A stretch of DNA of 15,692 nt, taken from NCBI GenBank assembly GCA_029932645.1, contig JAOZPR010000003.1, forward strand, positions 28,131-43,822. Direction: 5' to 3'. Of the stretch, positions 14,175 to 15,692 are shown piece after piece; position 1 is the first letter of the stretch; each line of letters opens with the position of its first letter. Below the pieces are notes generated by a model, which did not search any database, was not told where the DNA came from, and was given only the letters and a program-made list of their open reading frames with translations. A program made the translations under genes and the position numbers. This stretch comes from Candidatus Aenigmatarchaeota archaeon (GTDB lineage: Archaea > Aenigmatarchaeota > Aenigmatarchaeia > GW2011-AR5 > JAGGXF01).

Positions 14175-15446
14175 ATGAAAATAACAGATGAGGGAGTTGC
14201 ATCAGCCCTGCTTTGGCTAGTCAGTGTTATTTATCTGGCTGGGTTTACTGTTCCTATTGCTGGTCTCAAGATATCGCAGTTCCCCCTTCCTGTTACTATC
14301 GGAGCCATTCCATTCAGATGGTTGTTTTTGGTTTTTTATTCAATTGCATTGTTTTTCCTGTTTTCATGGGTTGAGATAAAGAACAAAAACATCCTCGCCG
14401 GACTGGTTGTGTTTTTTTCATTGCTATTATCTGTCTTGTTAGATTATAAATTGGTTATCGTTTTATTAGCTCTTGGCGCATACTTCCACTATAAAAAGAA
14501 GCCGCAATGGGATAAAATTTTAGTTATCCTTATTTTATTCTTCTTTATCTACATTCCAACAGTTGCCTCTTTTGACCAGTCATATGTTATTGCTGCCAAC
14601 CCGAGGGCGATATTAACGCCAAGTTGGTGGACCGCGCTGAACTGGATTAAGAACAACACGGAAGAGTGCGCGGTGGTTGCAACCTATTGGGATCCGGGAC
14701 ACTTCATAACAGGCATCGCGAGAAGGCCTGTTGTTTATGATGGCGGAACTCAGAATGCTCTTGCCCAATTTAATAAATCATCTGTTGATTTGAACTCCAA
14801 GGCATTCCAGGACCCGACCATGTTTACTATAGAAGGCAACACGGTTGTGAGATCGCGTATGAAGGACATGGCAACAACCCTGTTCACAGACGACGAAGAG
14901 CTTGCTTACGACATTCTTAAGCTATATCGTGGTAATTGCTCAGAAATGTATTATCTTGCTTCCTGGGATTTAATCGGAAAGTCTCAGTGGTGGTCATATT
15001 TCTCGACCTGGGAGCCAAACAAGGCCACAGGTAACAAATATTTTTATATTCCGTTGCAGTTGTCGATGAAAAAAGAAGGCGAAGACGGCTCTACCAATTA
15101 TGTTTTTTCGCTTGGCCAGAACCAAGCGATTGTGATAAACGAAAAAACAGCAGGCGGCCAAACAATTATGACACCAGTATTAAAGCAAGGTCCATCATTC
15201 ACAAAGATAAGCAAGCTATTCTACTTCGAAAACGGTAAGGCATTTATGCAGCAATATCAAGGTGCAGAAGTAGAAGGCATGGTTTGGCTTGACCCAAGCA
15301 AGCAGTCCCTATTTTTCATACCAAAGGAACTTGAGAACAGCATGTTCACGCGTCTCTTCTTCTTCCAGGGCCAGGGACTCAAACACTTTGAGTTTGTGAA
15401 CAACTGGGGCGGAGAAGTTAAGTTATTCAAGGTTAAGTTTGATTAA
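14175..15446 (+). CDS. aglB: Oligosaccharyltransferase AglB/STT3, C-terminal half (several TM helices plus soluble WWDYG-type domain)
   Basis: WWTALNWIKNNT...VVATYWDPGHFITGIARRPVVYDGGTQ, DLIGK (DK-type motif), NSMFTRLFF, EVKLFKV C-terminus. Confidence 0.88.
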   Translation: MKITDEGVASALLWLVSVIYLAGFTVPIAGLKISQFPLPVTIGAIPFRWLFLVFYSIALFFLFSWVEIKNKNILAGLVVFFSLLLSVLLDYKLVIVLLALGAYFHYKKKPQWDKILVILILFFFIYIPTVASFDQSYVIAANPRAILTPSWWTALNWIKNNTEECAVVATYWDPGHFITGIARRPVVYDGGTQNALAQFNKSSVDLNSKAFQDPTMFTIEGNTVVRSRMKDMATTLFTDDEELAYDILKLYRGNCSEMYYLASWDLIGKSQWWSYFSTWEPNKATGNKYFYIPLQLSMKKEGEDGSTNYVFSLGQNQAIVINEKTAGGQTIMTPVLKQGPSFTKISKLFYFENGKAFMQQYQGAEVEGMVWLDPSKQSLFFIPKELENSMFTRLFFFQGQGLKHFEFVNNWGGEVKLFKVKFD

Positions 15447-15692
15447 AGAACCACGAGTTAACCATTTCCACAGTGGAATATAACTTATTCCATCCTCTTT
15501 TTTTTCTATATTATCTGTTATTATAATCAGTGATTTCACTTTTGACCTGAATTTTTCCTTAAACCTCCTTAAAGATTTTATCTCCCGCTCATTTATTTTA
15601 TTACTATATGTAACATTTATAGCCAATAATGAGTTGTCATTATTTTTTATTATGAAGTCAACTTCGCTTTTTTCTCTACTTTTCCAGTAATA
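15423..15692 (-). CDS. 3' end (partial) of a DUF4143-type protein, usually the C-terminal domain of AAA_14 ATP-binding proteins
   Basis: Frame is open to the window edge: YYWKSREKSEVDFIIKNNDNSLLAINVTYSNKINEREIKSL...LIIIT...YIPLWKWL, the characteristic YW..EVDF..AI(Q/N)V..RE..IPLWKW pattern. Overlaps the aglB 3' end by 24 bp. Confidence 0.8.
   Translation of the reverse strand, partial: YYWKSREKSEVDFIIKNNDNSLLAINVTYSNKINEREIKSLRRFKEKFRSKVKSLIIITDNIEKKEDGISYIPLWKWLTRGSLIKLNLE

Noticed and set aside
15465..15479. TTTCCACAGTGGAAT, ORB-like dyad
   Set aside because: Wrong spacing, no G-string, and fully explained by the conserved IPLWKW codons of the minus-strand gene.

Overview
Archaeal chromosomal segment. 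GGTGA-type RBSs, Orc1/Cdc6, a DP1 homolog, aeNAC, secF-secD and AglB are all present; a DPANN lineage such as Aenigmarchaeota is a plausible inference, not established. The left 6.2 kb is a replication cluster: a candidate origin with two inverted ORB-like boxes, then cdc6/orc1, a Nudix hydrolase, a shortened PolD small-subunit (DP1) homolog, and an intact family-B DNA polymerase, followed by a third ORB-like box. The DP1 homolog has GNMD in place of the catalytic GNHD and has lost substrate-binding loops. The PolB ends in a C4 zinc finger (CSKC-KKSYRRMPLTGR-CEC) resembling the C-terminal Zn module of the PolD large subunit DP2. The main hypothesis is an archaeal PolB plus inactivated DP1 'B-subunit' heterodimer with the architecture of eukaryotic Pol alpha/delta/epsilon/zeta, encoded next to the origin. 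The rest of the window holds a TctA/DUF112 permease, NAC, small membrane proteins, secF-secD, a geranylgeranyl-reductase-family flavoprotein, an AglB/STT3 oligosaccharyltransferase split into two ORFs (variant YWDPG motif), and the 3' end of an AT-rich DUF4143-type gene. No tRNA, rRNA, CRISPR array, intein or transposase was recognised. All family assignments come from motif recognition by eye; no database search was run.
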